64,000 bases of DNA, from contig CAZAKI010000001.1 of assembly GCA_964485855.1 (NCBI GenBank), positions 33,066-97,065 on the forward strand, given 5' to 3'. The stretch is from an uncultured Syntrophomonadaceae bacterium (GTDB taxonomy: Bacteria > Bacillota > Dethiobacteria > DTU022). The notes beneath the pieces are model-generated. The model ran no database searches, was not told the DNA's origin, and saw only the letters and a program-made list of their open reading frames with translations. Position numbers and translations under genes: made by a program. How positions within the stretch are numbered: the stretch's first letter is position 1; each line of letters opens with the position of its first letter. Below are positions 42,603-53,512 of the stretch, in pieces.

Positions 42603-42988
42603 AACCGACTGATTATATAACTGCAAATTTTTTCCAGTGAGTCCCCGGGTGTAAATATCTGGTCGGCGAAACCACCGGCAATCAATGCTTGCGAATCTTC
42701 TTCGGGAATAATCCCACCCACAACCAATGGGATCTCTTTCATCCCCATCTGCCCCAGAAGTTGCTTAATTTTAGGCACCAGGGTCATGTGGGCACCGGAT
42801 AAAATGCTTAAGCCAACAAGATCAACATCTTCCTGCATTGCTGCTTCTGCTACCTGTTCGGGTGTTTGGTGTAATCCGGTATAAATAACTTCCATTCCGG
42901 CGTCACGTAAGGCCCTTGCAACCACTCTCGCCCCACGATCGTGACCGTCAAGCCCAGGTTTTGCCAGTAAGACTCTTATTTTCTTCAT
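42599..42988 (-). CDS. icmB: B12-binding small subunit of a split adenosylcobalamin-dependent acyl-CoA mutase (IcmB-like)
   Basis: DxHxxG cobalamin-binding motif ([12 protein letters not shown]). About 129 aa if the start is ATG 42988 after GGAGG. Confidence 0.8.
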   Translation of the reverse strand: MKKIRVLLAKPGLDGHDRGARVVARALRDAGMEVIYTGLHQTPEQVAEAAMQEDVDLVGLSILSGAHMTLVPKIKQLLGQMGMKEIPLVVGGIIPEEDSQALIAGGFADQIFTPGDSLEKICSYIISRF

Positions 42989-43109
42989 GACCAACCTCCG
43001 GGATATCATCCAACTAGTTAGACCGATTCAGCAAAAATGCCCCGGGTAGATCTCAAGTAAAGTAAGATTATTGAGATCAGCAACGCGGTTCCCAGTAAAT
43101 AATATAAAA

Positions 43110-44774
43110 TTAAAATAGCGGCTTTTCTTTATACTCGCCAAAAACCGCTTTCAACGCTTCTACTATTTCTCCTTCCGTGGCGTAACACTTCACCGCGTCG
43201 AGAATCTTAGGCATTAAATTATCGCTTCCGGCTGCTGATTGCTTTAAGTTTAAAAGGCTTTTTTTCACTGCATCTTGATCCCTTAGTACTTTCAGCTTTT
43301 CTAGTCTCTCAACTTGCTTCCTTTCGACTGTTGGATCAATTTTCAGCAATTCAATCTGCTGTTTTTCAGCATGACTGTAACAATTCACCCCAACTACGAT
43401 CCGCTTACCGCTGTCTACCGCCTGTTGATAGTCATAGGCTGCATCTGCTATTTCCTGTTGGAAGAATCCGCAATCAATTGCCTTTAAAACCCCACCCAGT
43501 TTCTCGATTCTTTCAAAATAGCTCTCCGCCTCTTTTTCCATTTGGTTAGTTAAAGCCTCGACGTAATACGAACCGGCTAAAGGGTCGATCGAGTTAACCA
43601 CTCCGCTCTCGTGGGCGATAACCTGCTGCGTCCGGAGGGCAATTTTCACTGCGTTTTCCGTTGGCAGCGCAAGAACTTCATCCATTGAATTTGTATGCAG
43701 TGACTGGGTTCCCCCCAATACAGCAGCTAATGCTTCCAACGCGGTACGGATAATATTATTTTCAGGCTCCTGTGCGGTCAGGCTGCAACCGGCAGTTTGG
43801 GTATGAAACCTCATCTTCAAAGACCGGGGATCATTGGCTCCATAATGTTCTTTCATCCGGCGAGCCCAAATTCTTCTGGCAGCCCTGTACTTGCAGATCT
43901 CTTCAAAAAAATCAAGATGGGCATTAAAAAAGAAAGAGAGACGCGGTGCAAAACTATCCACATTTAAGCCCGCTGCGATCCCCGCTTCGACGTAAGCAAA
44001 GCCATCCGCCAGGGTAAAAGCCAGTTCCTGGACCGCGGTTGAGCCCGCTTCCCTGATGTGATAACCGCTAATGCTAATTGTATTCCACCGTGGAACATGA
44101 TCGGAAGCAAAGGCAAATATATCGGTAATCAGGCGCAATGAAGGTCCGGGCGGGAAAATCCATGATTTTTGAGCGATATACTCTTTTAAAATATCGTTTT
44201 GAATCGTCCCTCCCACCCGATCTAAATTAATGCCTTTTTTCTCTGCGTTTGCCAAATACATACACCATAATATTGCGGCTGGACCATTGATGGTCATTGA
44301 AGTGGTAACCTGATCGAGCGGAATTTGATCAAAAAGAATTTCCATGTCGGCCAGTGAATCAATGGCAACACCACAACGGCCGACTTCGCCGGCGGATCTT
44401 TCGTGATTAGAATCATAGCCCATAATAGTCGGCAGATCAAAAGCGACTGAAAGACCGGTTTGACCCTGCTCCAAAAGATAGCGATAGCGACGGTTTGAAT
44501 CGTAGGCATCACCAAAACCGGAAAATTGCCTCATCGTCCAGAAACGACCCCGGTACATCGTATCCTGTACCCCACGCGTGTAAGGGTAATCACCGGGAAA
44601 TCCAAGTTCGTTGCTATAATCAAACTCACCAAGATCAAGAGGTGTATAAAGAGGCTTGACTTGTATGCCGGAAATAGTTTGAAAAATATTTTCTGCCTCT
44701 TCCTGTTTTGCAACTTTTTCCTTCCATCGCTTCATCTCTTGATGCAATTTTTGATTAACCCGATCTCTGCTCAA
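43110..44774 (-). CDS. icmA: large (substrate-binding TIM-barrel) subunit of an adenosylcobalamin-dependent acyl-CoA mutase with the isobutyryl-CoA mutase signature (IcmA-like)
   Basis: 554 aa. It aligns with the methylmalonyl-CoA mutase (MCM) catalytic domain. The two substrate-carboxylate residues of MCM are replaced: Tyr89 in TIRQYAG becomes Phe (TMRQFSG), and Arg207 in KEFMVRNTYIYPP becomes Gln ([13 protein letters not shown]). The Phe/Gln pair is characteristic of isobutyryl-CoA mutase. Confidence 0.7.
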   Translation of the reverse strand: MSRDRVNQKLHQEMKRWKEKVAKQEEAENIFQTISGIQVKPLYTPLDLGEFDYSNELGFPGDYPYTRGVQDTMYRGRFWTMRQFSGFGDAYDSNRRYRYLLEQGQTGLSVAFDLPTIMGYDSNHERSAGEVGRCGVAIDSLADMEILFDQIPLDQVTTSMTINGPAAILWCMYLANAEKKGINLDRVGGTIQNDILKEYIAQKSWIFPPGPSLRLITDIFAFASDHVPRWNTISISGYHIREAGSTAVQELAFTLADGFAYVEAGIAAGLNVDSFAPRLSFFFNAHLDFFEEICKYRAARRIWARRMKEHYGANDPRSLKMRFHTQTAGCSLTAQEPENNIIRTALEALAAVLGGTQSLHTNSMDEVLALPTENAVKIALRTQQVIAHESGVVNSIDPLAGSYYVEALTNQMEKEAESYFERIEKLGGVLKAIDCGFFQQEIADAAYDYQQAVDSGKRIVVGVNCYSHAEKQQIELLKIDPTVERKQVERLEKLKVLRDQDAVKKSLLNLKQSAAGSDNLMPKILDAVKCYATEGEIVEALKAVFGEYKEKPLF

Positions 44775-44789
44775 ATGATCACCCGCTTT

Positions 44790-45734
44790 TTAACGATAAA
44801 AATTAATGTTTTCCAGTAGCTCGCAGGCTGAACTGTAGGGATCTTTTTTCCGTCCGGCAATTTCTTCAACCAGCTTGTCATAATCAATAGTTTCTTTGAT
44901 CTGCTCCCAAACCTTCTGTTTAACAAGATACTCAACCTGTTCAGTCAGTTCGCGGCGGATCCGCAACCGGCGGACACGGTCTAACTCCCCACTGGTCTCA
45001 AGGTACTGACGGTGTTTTTTAAGTGCTTCCCACAGCTCCGCTGCTCCTTCACCCCTGATTGATACAGCGGGTATTACCGGTGGTCTCCATGACTTATCTC
45101 CCTGCATATCAAGCATCATGTTGACCTCGGTAACTGTTCTTTCCATGCCAGGTAAATCGGCCTTATTAATCACAAAGACATCAGCTATTTCCATTATTCC
45201 CGCTTTAAGCGTTTGGACTGTGTCACCACCGGCCGGAGTAAGAACTACTACGGTCGTATCGGCTGTTTTTACGATATCCACCTCTGACTGTCCAACCCCG
45301 ACCGTTTCGATCAATACCAGATCTTTCCCAAACGCATCCAATACCTGAATTGCTTCCCTTGTTGATCTTGACAATCCGCCTAAACTACCTCTGGTGCCCA
45401 TACTGCGAATAAATATTTCCTGATCGAGGGCATGATCCTGCATCCTAATGCGATCGCCGAGAATCGCCCCTCCGCTAAATGGGCTGGTCGGATCCACTGC
45501 GATTACTCCCACGCTCAGCTTCTCGAACCTGATCTGCTGCAGTAATTGGTCGACCAGCGAGCTTTTTCCCGCTCCCGGAGCTCCGGTTATACCGATTACA
45601 TAGCTTCGCCCCGTGTGCGGAAACAGCTCTTTTAGCAGGTCATTTTTCTGTTTGTCATTATTTTCCACTAGGGTTATTAACCGTGCCGCGGCCCGCCTGT
45701 TTCCTGTTAATAGTTCCTCGACCAACTGCTGCAT
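44790..45734 (-). CDS. meaB: MeaB/ArgK-type G-protein chaperone of B12 mutases
   Basis: 314 aa. P-loop GITGAPGAGKSS, and it is adjacent to the mutase large subunit. Confidence 0.85.
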   Translation of the reverse strand: MQQLVEELLTGNRRAAARLITLVENNDKQKNDLLKELFPHTGRSYVIGITGAPGAGKSSLVDQLLQQIRFEKLSVGVIAVDPTSPFSGGAILGDRIRMQDHALDQEIFIRSMGTRGSLGGLSRSTREAIQVLDAFGKDLVLIETVGVGQSEVDIVKTADTTVVVLTPAGGDTVQTLKAGIMEIADVFVINKADLPGMERTVTEVNMMLDMQGDKSWRPPVIPAVSIRGEGAAELWEALKKHRQYLETSGELDRVRRLRIRRELTEQVEYLVKQKVWEQIKETIDYDKLVEEIAGRKKDPYSSACELLENINFYR

Positions 45735-45768
45735 TTTTTCACCCCATAGTTAAAAATAATCGTCGCTT

Positions 45769-46296
45769 TTAGTATTCGATTCCAGGACAGCAGCCGGCTC
45801 CCTGTTCGTAATGATGTTTGATTGCCAACACTTCGCTGACCAGATCAGCCCTTTTTACCAGTTCCGCAGAAGCATTACGTCCTGTGAGGACAACGGTAAC
45901 CCCATCGGGCTTTTCTTCGAGCAACTGCAGTAAATCATTTTCGCTAATCAGCTTATAATCAACAGCAACATTGATCTCATCCAGCACCACCAGGTCATAT
46001 TCACCGCTTAAAATTGCCTTCCGGGCTTTTGCAAATCCTGCCTGAGCCAGTTCAATATCAACCGGATCAGGATTATCACGATTAACAAAGTCATCGCGCC
46101 CGGCACGCACCAAGGTCAAATTGGGAAGCTGAGCTGTAGCTAAAAATTCTCCATAATCTCGACCTTTCATAAAGTGAATCATGTAAACCCTAAAACCGTG
46201 CCCTAAAGCCCTGATCGCCTGTCCAACAGCAGCCGTTGTTTTCCCTTTTCCGTCTCCGGTAAATACCATGATCAGGCCAGGCTTAGCATTATCCAT
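45769..46296 (-). CDS. cobO: ATP:cob(I)alamin adenosyltransferase (CobO/BtuR/CobA type)
   Basis: 175 aa with the P-loop-like TGDGKGKTTAA. Confidence 0.85.
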   Translation of the reverse strand: MDNAKPGLIMVFTGDGKGKTTAAVGQAIRALGHGFRVYMIHFMKGRDYGEFLATAQLPNLTLVRAGRDDFVNRDNPDPVDIELAQAGFAKARKAILSGEYDLVVLDEINVAVDYKLISENDLLQLLEEKPDGVTVVLTGRNASAELVKRADLVSEVLAIKHHYEQGAGCCPGIEY

Positions 46297-46392
46297 CAGT
46301 TATAAACACCTCTTTTGCCGATCTGAAGTAATCTACACCAGTAGCAAATAACTTGCCTCTTCTCTAGTTTATCCGTACAGCAATCGCGGGTT

Positions 46393-47532
46393 CTAGGCAA
46401 GAAGGTAGCGTGAAATTACCAGGCGTTGTACTTCACTTGTCCCTTCGTAAATTTGCGTAATTTTGGCATCCCGCATGTACCTCTCCACCGGGTAATCTTT
46501 AGTATAACCATAACCACCAAAAATCTGGACCGCATTGGTGGTTACCTCCATTGCCATTTCAGCGGCAAAAAGTTTAGCCATCGCCGATGCTTTTCCATAT
46601 GGCAGTCCTGCGCTTTCCAGGTAAGCGGCCTGATAGGTAAGCAGGCGAGCCGCTTCAATTTTGGTTCCCATGTCAGCCAGCATGAAAGATATTGCCTGAA
46701 AATTGGCGATCGGTTGCCCAAATTGTTCCCTGCTCTTAGCATAGTTAACCGCTTCCTCCATTGCGCCCTGGGCAATACCGACTGCCTGGGCTGCTATTCC
46801 GTTCCGGCCACCATCTAAAGTACTCATGGCAATCTTAAAACCTTCCCCTTCAGCGCCAAGCAGGTTTTCCTTGGGTACCCGGCAGTTTTCGAAGATTAGT
46901 TCCAGGGTGGGAGATGATCTTAAGCCCATTTTTCTCTCTTTTTTGCCAAAGGAAAACCCTTCCATGCCCTGCTCAACGATAAAGGCGCTGATCCCTTTAG
47001 CTTTTTTCGTTTTATCAGTAACTGCAAAGACAATATAGATTTCTGCATCGCCACCATTGGTAATAAATATTTTATTACCGTTCAACACATAGCTATCTTC
47101 TTCAAGTCTGGCCGTCGTACTTTGATTGGCGGCATCGGTTCCGGCCGCGGCTTCGGTTAAAGCATAAGCGCCAAGTTTTTCCCCTAAAGCCATCGGCTCT
47201 AAATATTTTTTCTTTTGCTCTTCGCTGCCATATTTATACAGCGGCCAACCGGCCAGAGAGGTGTGAGCCGATAGCGTGGTGCCAGTTGAGGCATCTACTC
47301 TTGAAAGTTCTTCCACCGCTATCACGTAGCTGATAAAGTCACAACCGGCTCCTCCATATTCTTCCGGCCAGGGTATTCCGGTCAGCCCTAGCTTGCCCAT
47401 CTGATCAAAAATAGCCCTTGAGAACTTTTCCTGGTCATCCCTTTCTTCCGCTCCTGGTTTTAGTTCTTTCTCAGCAAAATCACGCACCATTTTTTTGGTC
47501 ATTTCCTGTTCTTCGGTCAGCACAAAATTCAT
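46393..47532 (-). CDS. acyl-CoA dehydrogenase (short/branched-chain type)
   Basis: 379 aa ACAD fold with the C-terminal catalytic Glu region ([12 protein letters not shown]). Confidence 0.85.
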   Translation of the reverse strand: MNFVLTEEQEMTKKMVRDFAEKELKPGAEERDDQEKFSRAIFDQMGKLGLTGIPWPEEYGGAGCDFISYVIAVEELSRVDASTGTTLSAHTSLAGWPLYKYGSEEQKKKYLEPMALGEKLGAYALTEAAAGTDAANQSTTARLEEDSYVLNGNKIFITNGGDAEIYIVFAVTDKTKKAKGISAFIVEQGMEGFSFGKKERKMGLRSSPTLELIFENCRVPKENLLGAEGEGFKIAMSTLDGGRNGIAAQAVGIAQGAMEEAVNYAKSREQFGQPIANFQAISFMLADMGTKIEAARLLTYQAAYLESAGLPYGKASAMAKLFAAEMAMEVTTNAVQIFGGYGYTKDYPVERYMRDAKITQIYEGTSEVQRLVISRYLLA

Positions 47533-47570
47533 CGGCTATTCCTCCCACTTTAGTTATTGTCTTCAAGCCT

Positions 47571-48692
47571 CTAGCTCAATCTTTTTAGGAGCTCCCTGGC
47601 GATTACAATTCGTTGGATCTGGTTTGTTCCTTCGTAAATCTGTGTCGCCTTGGCATCACAGAAATAGCGGTTCAGCGGATTGTTCCCACCTTTTGAGGCC
47701 GGATAGAAAAGATCTAAACAGCGAGTTGCTGTTTCCATTGCCAGGTCCGTAGCAAAGAGTTTTGCCATCGATGCTTCCCGGGTGCAACGTTTGCCGCTTT
47801 CCTTGGCAAGTGCCGCCCTGTAAACCAGCAACCTGGCAGCTTCAATTTTTGCTGCCAGTTCGGCAATAATCAAAACAGACGAATGATTGGTTTGATTTGT
47901 AGTCCCTTTAACCTGTTGCAGATAGTTTAAAGTAAAATCTAGTGACGCCTGGGCCAGACCCAGTCCCTGTGCGGCAATCCCAATTCTTCCTCCATCCAGT
48001 AGGGACATGGCAATCTGGAAACCTTCCTTTTCAGCTCCTAACCTGTTCGACGTCGGAACAAAGAGATCCTCCAGCTGTAGTGCGGTCGTTTTTGAACGGG
48101 ATAAGCCCATTTTCTTTTCCGGCAAGCCTGCAACCAAGCCCGGCTGGTTTTTCTCAACCAGGAAAGCAGTAATCCCCCGGTGACCAAGCGATCGATCAAG
48201 AGTAGCAAAAACTGTAATCAGATCCGCTTCACCTCCCGCGGTGATAAAAAGCTTGCTCCCGTTCAGCCGGTATCCTCCTTCAACCACAACAGCTGAAGAA
48301 ATAAGCGCAGCTGCATCCGAACCCGCTCCCGCTTCTGTCAGCGCAAAGGCACCAAGCAGATCTCCACCGGCAAGTTTACCAAGATATTGTTTCTTTTGAT
48401 CAACTGTTCCGTAATAGAGCAAAGGAAAAGTCCCGACAGAGGTGTGAACTGAGAGGATCACTCCGGTTGAAGCACAAACTCTAGATACTTCCTCGATCAT
48501 TAAAATATAGGTCAGAAAATCTTCTCCCTGGCCATTCCAGCAACTGGGAATGGGCAATCCCATATAACCGCGCTGCCCGGCTTTAGCTAAATTCTCGCGG
48601 GGGAAATGATCCCCCGTATCCAATTCATGTTCGGCAAAATAACGGAATTCTTCGCGGCGATTTAAGTGGTGTTTGTTGAGGAGTAATTCCAA
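47571..48692 (-). CDS. acyl-CoA dehydrogenase, second paralog
   Basis: 373 aa ACAD fold (YEGTNQIQRIVI). Confidence 0.85.
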   Translation of the reverse strand: MELLLNKHHLNRREEFRYFAEHELDTGDHFPRENLAKAGQRGYMGLPIPSCWNGQGEDFLTYILMIEEVSRVCASTGVILSVHTSVGTFPLLYYGTVDQKKQYLGKLAGGDLLGAFALTEAGAGSDAAALISSAVVVEGGYRLNGSKLFITAGGEADLITVFATLDRSLGHRGITAFLVEKNQPGLVAGLPEKKMGLSRSKTTALQLEDLFVPTSNRLGAEKEGFQIAMSLLDGGRIGIAAQGLGLAQASLDFTLNYLQQVKGTTNQTNHSSVLIIAELAAKIEAARLLVYRAALAKESGKRCTREASMAKLFATDLAMETATRCLDLFYPASKGGNNPLNRYFCDAKATQIYEGTNQIQRIVIARELLKRLS

Positions 48693-48713
48693 AGATGCCA
48701 GCTCCTTCTTCCT

Positions 48714-49895
48714 CTAAACCTTTACAACAACAGCTTCACCCTGAGCAGCACCACTGCAGATCGTGGCCAGACCGTACCCCCCACCCCTTCTGCGCAACTC
48801 GGCAATCAAAGTAATCAGGATTCTGGCTCCACTGGCACCGATCGGATGGCCCAGGGCCACGGCTCCACCATTAACATTAACAATACTTTCATCCCATCTG
48901 CCAAGCTTGATGCAGGTTAGTGCTACCGCGGCAAACGCTTCATTTACTTCGATTAACTTCAGTTCTTTGCTCTTTAGACCGGCCTTACGAATGGCTTTTT
49001 CAGCAGCTGCAAATGGTACGGTAGCAATGTAACGTGGATCAAGTGATACCGCTGCCTGGGCTACCACTGTCGCTAAAGGCTTCAGGCTTAATTCAGCTGC
49101 CTTTTCACTTGAGGCCAGGATCAGGGCGGCTGCTCCATCACTAATTGCCGGGGCATTGCCAGCAGTGATTAAGCCTTCTGCTTCAAATGCCGGCGGCAGT
49201 TTAGCGAGCGATTCTAAACTGGTATCCGGGCGGGGTAACTCGTCCTTTTCAACGAGCAGACTAGCCCCTTTTCGCTGCGGAACCAGGACTGAAGCCAGCT
49301 CTTGATCAAATAATCCCAACTGCTGGGCCTTGACTGCTTTCTGATGACTATGCAGCGCAAAACGGTCCATCTGATCGCGAGTGATACCCTCTTCCGCCGG
49401 AACGGAACCACCGTGAACTCCCATATGAACATCGTAAAAAGGGCACCACAGTCCATCTTTGATCAGGCCGTCGATTAAACTGTTATCACCCATACGCAAA
49501 CCCGAACGCATCTGGTATAAAAAGTAAGGAACGGCGCTCATGTTTTCCATTCCTCCCGCGACGATTAAATCAGCTTCACCGGCGCGGATCAGGGCATCCC
49601 CGAGATTAACCGCCCTTAAACCCGATGCACAGACCTTGTTAATCGTTTCAGAAGGAACCTCGGGAGGCAACCCAGCTTTAATCGAAGCCTGTCGCGAAGG
49701 AATTTGACCGGCTCCTGCCTGGACTACCATCCCCAATAAAACATTATCGATTAACGCCCCTGAAAGACCTGAACGCCGTAGAGCTTGCTTCACAGCAATT
49801 GCGCCCAGTTCAACTGCGGGAATGGCACTTAAGGAACCCATAAATTTGCCGAAGGGAGTTCTTGCATAGCCGACGATTAGTGTTTCACGCCTCAA
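48714..49895 (-). CDS. acetyl-CoA C-acetyltransferase (thiolase II)
   Basis: 393 aa. Active-site Cys (NKVCASGL) and C-terminal GGGxG/Cys-His motifs. Confidence 0.9.
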   Translation of the reverse strand: MRRETLIVGYARTPFGKFMGSLSAIPAVELGAIAVKQALRRSGLSGALIDNVLLGMVVQAGAGQIPSRQASIKAGLPPEVPSETINKVCASGLRAVNLGDALIRAGEADLIVAGGMENMSAVPYFLYQMRSGLRMGDNSLIDGLIKDGLWCPFYDVHMGVHGGSVPAEEGITRDQMDRFALHSHQKAVKAQQLGLFDQELASVLVPQRKGASLLVEKDELPRPDTSLESLAKLPPAFEAEGLITAGNAPAISDGAAALILASSEKAAELSLKPLATVVAQAAVSLDPRYIATVPFAAAEKAIRKAGLKSKELKLIEVNEAFAAVALTCIKLGRWDESIVNVNGGAVALGHPIGASGARILITLIAELRRRGGGYGLATICSGAAQGEAVVVKV

Positions 49896-49930
49896 TAGAT
49901 CACCTCTTTAACCACTGCTCCAACTGGCCC

Positions 49931-51208
49931 TCACTTCAGGGCACGGTGGGCAATATCCCGTCTGCAATAAGCCCCTTCAAATTCGATTAAATCAACAGCC
50001 CGGTATGCTTTATTCACCGCTTCGCGCAGATCGCTGTCCCAGGCGGTTACCCCGAGTACCCTTCCACCGGCAGTGACTAAGGTTCCCTTCTCTAAAGCAG
50101 TTCCGGCCTGAAAAACAGTCACTTTACCCTCTCCGCTTTTCTCAGCTTCTTCCAATCCCCGGATTGGCCACCCTTTCTCATAGTGCCCGGGATAGCCTTT
50201 GGCGGCGATCACCACACAGACAGCCGGATCATCACTCCACTCGGCTTCAAGGTCATGAAAATTTCCACCTGCTGCAGCCAGTAAAAGAGGCAGCAGATCT
50301 GAATGTAAACGCGGCAGGATTACCTGGGTTTCAGGATCACCAAACCGCACATTAAATTCAAGAACATTTAACTGATCCCCGGAAATCATTAAACCGGCAT
50401 AGATCACTCCCCGAAAATTGATATTTTCATTTAGTAAGCCATTTAAAAGAGGTCTAAAGACTTTGTTTTCAGTCTTTAAGGCCAACTCCCGCTTATAAAC
50501 CGGTGCAGGCGAGTAGGCTCCCATCCCGCCGGTATTGGGTCCACTGTCTCCTGTCCCGATCGCCTTATGATCCTGCGCGGACGGCATCATGATCAAGCGG
50601 CTGCCATCACAAAGAGCTAGAACCGATACTTCTTCTCCGGTCAGGTATTGTTCAATAATAACCCGATTACCGGCAGACCCAAACTTTTTTTCAATCATAA
50701 TGTCATAGAGGGCCTGCTCAGCTTCAGCCGGCCCATTGGCAACGATTACTCCCTTTCCAGCGGCCAAACCATCTGCTTTGATTACAACCGAGCCGCCATA
50801 GAAACGAGCCAGGTGATGTCGAGCATCATCAAAATCATCAAAAACGGCAAAATCAGCAGTTGGGATTCCCCATTTTTTCATCTGCCGCTTCGACCATACT
50901 TTACTGCCTTCAAGCTGAGCTCCTGCTCTTCCCGGACCAAACACTTTCAGACCATTTTGGCGTAACCGATCGGCCAGGCCAAGAACCAATGGGGCTTCCG
51001 GTCCGATCACTACTAGATCAATCTTCATTTTTACGGCCCATTTTGTGATTCCGGCAAGATCATCGCCTGAGAGGTTGACTGTTTCGGCCAGCCCTTCCGT
51101 ACCTGGATTGCCGGGTGCACAGTATAACTTGGTTAACATAGGGCTGGTGGCCAGTTTCCAGGCTAAAGCATGTTCGCGCCCCCCGCTGCCTACGATTAAT
51201 ACCCGCAT
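49931..51208 (-). CDS. purD: phosphoribosylamine--glycine ligase
   Basis: ATP-grasp fold. The start is set at ATG 51208 (MRVLIVGSGGREHA) after GAGAGG. Confidence 0.9.
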   Translation of the reverse strand: MRVLIVGSGGREHALAWKLATSPMLTKLYCAPGNPGTEGLAETVNLSGDDLAGITKWAVKMKIDLVVIGPEAPLVLGLADRLRQNGLKVFGPGRAGAQLEGSKVWSKRQMKKWGIPTADFAVFDDFDDARHHLARFYGGSVVIKADGLAAGKGVIVANGPAEAEQALYDIMIEKKFGSAGNRVIIEQYLTGEEVSVLALCDGSRLIMMPSAQDHKAIGTGDSGPNTGGMGAYSPAPVYKRELALKTENKVFRPLLNGLLNENINFRGVIYAGLMISGDQLNVLEFNVRFGDPETQVILPRLHSDLLPLLLAAAGGNFHDLEAEWSDDPAVCVVIAAKGYPGHYEKGWPIRGLEEAEKSGEGKVTVFQAGTALEKGTLVTAGGRVLGVTAWDSDLREAVNKAYRAVDLIEFEGAYCRRDIAHRALK

Positions 51209-51256
51209 TTCGATCATCCTCTCTACTCGCTCTCACAGCTCAAAATCTTAATATCG

Positions 51257-52804
51257 TTAATGTTTAAAATAACGCCGGCCGGTAAAAATCATGGCCAGAC
51301 CATATTGATCACAGATCTCAATCGATTGGGAATCTTTTAAGGAACCACCCGGCTGGACTATGGCTGTAATCCCTGCTTTTGCCGCTTCCTCAACTCCATC
51401 GGGAAACGGGAAAAATGCATCGGAGCCAAGAACCGCTCCTTTAGTTTTCCCTTGGCCCTGTTCAATCGCGATTTTTGTTGCCGCCAGTCGGTTCATCTGA
51501 CCGGCTCCGATCCCGACAGTTTGTTCACCCCTGGCCAGCACAATAGCATTCGAACTAACATGTTTAACTACTTTCTGGGCAAACTCCAGGGAGATCCATT
51601 CATCTTTTGTCGGTTGGCGTTTGCTGACCACTCGGCCTGATTTAAGCTCCACCGGTTCTCGGTCGACAGTCTGAACCAGTAGTCCGCCGGAAACCGCTTT
51701 TAAATCGTCTTGTTCGAAAGGATCTCCAGTCAGGGGAATCTGGAGCACTCGCAGATCTTTTTTTAAACTAAGGATAGAAAGCGCTTCATCGGTGAATTGA
51801 GGAGCAGCAATAACTTCTAAGAACAGCTCTTTCATCTGATTAGCCGCCGAGCTGTCAATGAGAGTATTGGCAGCAATAATCCCGCCAAAGATCGAGATTG
51901 GATCGGCATCATGAGCCATTTCGAAGGCTTTACTGATCGTATCCGCAGATCCAACACCACAGGGATTTGCATGCTTAACAGCCACAACGGTTGGTTTATC
52001 AAATTCCCGCACCAAATCCCAGGCCGTACCAAGATCATTGAGGTTGTTAAAAGACAGTTCTTTTCCTTTCAGCTGGACTGCCGCTGCGAGCCCGTACTTC
52101 ATGCCCGGAAAAGCATAAAATGCCGCTTCCTGCTGTGGATTTTCACCATAACGCAAATCTGAAATTTTTTCCAAACCAATGGTGGCCTGAAGAGGGAATA
52201 ACCTTGTTTTTCCTTCAGGCAAGCGGTTAAAGTAAGCTGCAATGGCAGAATCGTAACAGGCAGTATGAGCGAAAGCTTCAGCGGCCAGCTTCAAACGGTT
52301 TTCAGAACTTATCTTCCCTTTGGCTTTCAGCTCCGCCACTAGAGCCTCATACCGATCCGGATTCACGACAATCGTTATATATCGATGGTTCTTTGCTGCT
52401 GCCCTAATCATGGTCGGACCGCCAATATCAATATTTTCAACCGCTTCTTCATGACTGAAACCCGTGCGGCTGATCGTAGCCGTAAAAGGATAAAGATTGA
52501 CGATGACAATCTCAATCGGCGTAATATTAAACCGCTTCAGTTCTTCCTGCTGTTCCATGATATCGGTCTGAGCCAGAATTGCGCCATGAATAGCAGGGTG
52601 CAAAGTCTTAACCCTTCCCTGTAAAATTTCTGGAAAACCGGTAACTTCAGATACGTTGGTCACTTCCAGACCGGCCTCGCGAATTACTTTAGCTGTCCCG
52701 CCAGTCGATAGTAGTTCGTAACCGAGTTCTGAAAGCCCCTGAGCCAAATCCTTGATGCCGCGTTTGTCAAAAACACTGATTAGGGCTCTTTTATTAGTGG
52801 TCAA
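51257..52804 (-). CDS. purH: bifunctional AICAR formyltransferase / IMP cyclohydrolase
   Basis: 515 aa with MGS-like and AICARFT domains. Confidence 0.95.
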   Translation of the reverse strand: MTTNKRALISVFDKRGIKDLAQGLSELGYELLSTGGTAKVIREAGLEVTNVSEVTGFPEILQGRVKTLHPAIHGAILAQTDIMEQQEELKRFNITPIEIVIVNLYPFTATISRTGFSHEEAVENIDIGGPTMIRAAAKNHRYITIVVNPDRYEALVAELKAKGKISSENRLKLAAEAFAHTACYDSAIAAYFNRLPEGKTRLFPLQATIGLEKISDLRYGENPQQEAAFYAFPGMKYGLAAAVQLKGKELSFNNLNDLGTAWDLVREFDKPTVVAVKHANPCGVGSADTISKAFEMAHDADPISIFGGIIAANTLIDSSAANQMKELFLEVIAAPQFTDEALSILSLKKDLRVLQIPLTGDPFEQDDLKAVSGGLLVQTVDREPVELKSGRVVSKRQPTKDEWISLEFAQKVVKHVSSNAIVLARGEQTVGIGAGQMNRLAATKIAIEQGQGKTKGAVLGSDAFFPFPDGVEEAAKAGITAIVQPGGSLKDSQSIEICDQYGLAMIFTGRRYFKH

Positions 52805-53402
52805 TAATATAACACCTTCTTCCTTCTACCTTTAACTTGTTACGGCAGAACAGATCAATTGCCGTCGGATAAATACGATGTTCGGCAGCTTGTATCCGCT
52901 GTTTAAGGGTTTCCAGGCTTTCTTTTTGAATTACCGGCACACTGGCCTGAAGAATAATCGGTCCGCTATCCAGCCCTTGATCAACAAAATGGACAGTACA
53001 TCCGGTTATTTTAACCCCGTATGCCCTAGCCTGTTCAATCCCATCCAGGCCTGGAAAAGCAGGAAGCAGCGAAGGATGGATGTTCATAATTTTTAAGAAA
53101 AAGGCCTCAACAAAACTAGCGGGGAGCAATCGCATATAGCCGGCCAAGACAACCAGGTCAATTTTTTTTCCCTTTAAAATCGAAACCAGGGTTTGATCGT
53201 AATTGTTCCTACCCTGAAATGAATTGGGATCCAGAAAAACAGATTCGATCTGGTGCTTTTCGGCCCTCTTAAGAGCGTAGGCAGAAGCACAATCACTAAC
53301 AACAAGCACAACCTGGCCGGCGATTTCTTTCCGGTCGCAGGCTTCAATAATTGCCTGCAGGTTAGTCCCCTGGCCGGAAGCAAGAACGGCCAATCGCTTC
53401 AT
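52794..53402 (-). CDS. purN: phosphoribosylglycinamide formyltransferase
   Basis: 202 aa starting LASGQGTNLQAI, with the HPSLLP motif. Confidence 0.9.
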   Translation of the reverse strand: MKRLAVLASGQGTNLQAIIEACDRKEIAGQVVLVVSDCASAYALKRAEKHQIESVFLDPNSFQGRNNYDQTLVSILKGKKIDLVVLAGYMRLLPASFVEAFFLKIMNIHPSLLPAFPGLDGIEQARAYGVKITGCTVHFVDQGLDSGPIILQASVPVIQKESLETLKQRIQAAEHRIYPTAIDLFCRNKLKVEGRRCYIIDH

Positions 53403-53512
53403 CTGTAAATCCTCCCGGATTGTTGATCTTCAAGGCAGGTTATTACTTCTCTTTTTAATTGGCCTAATCCTCTTCAGTTATTGCTCCAGTAATAACGAAA
53501 AGTAAAATCTGC

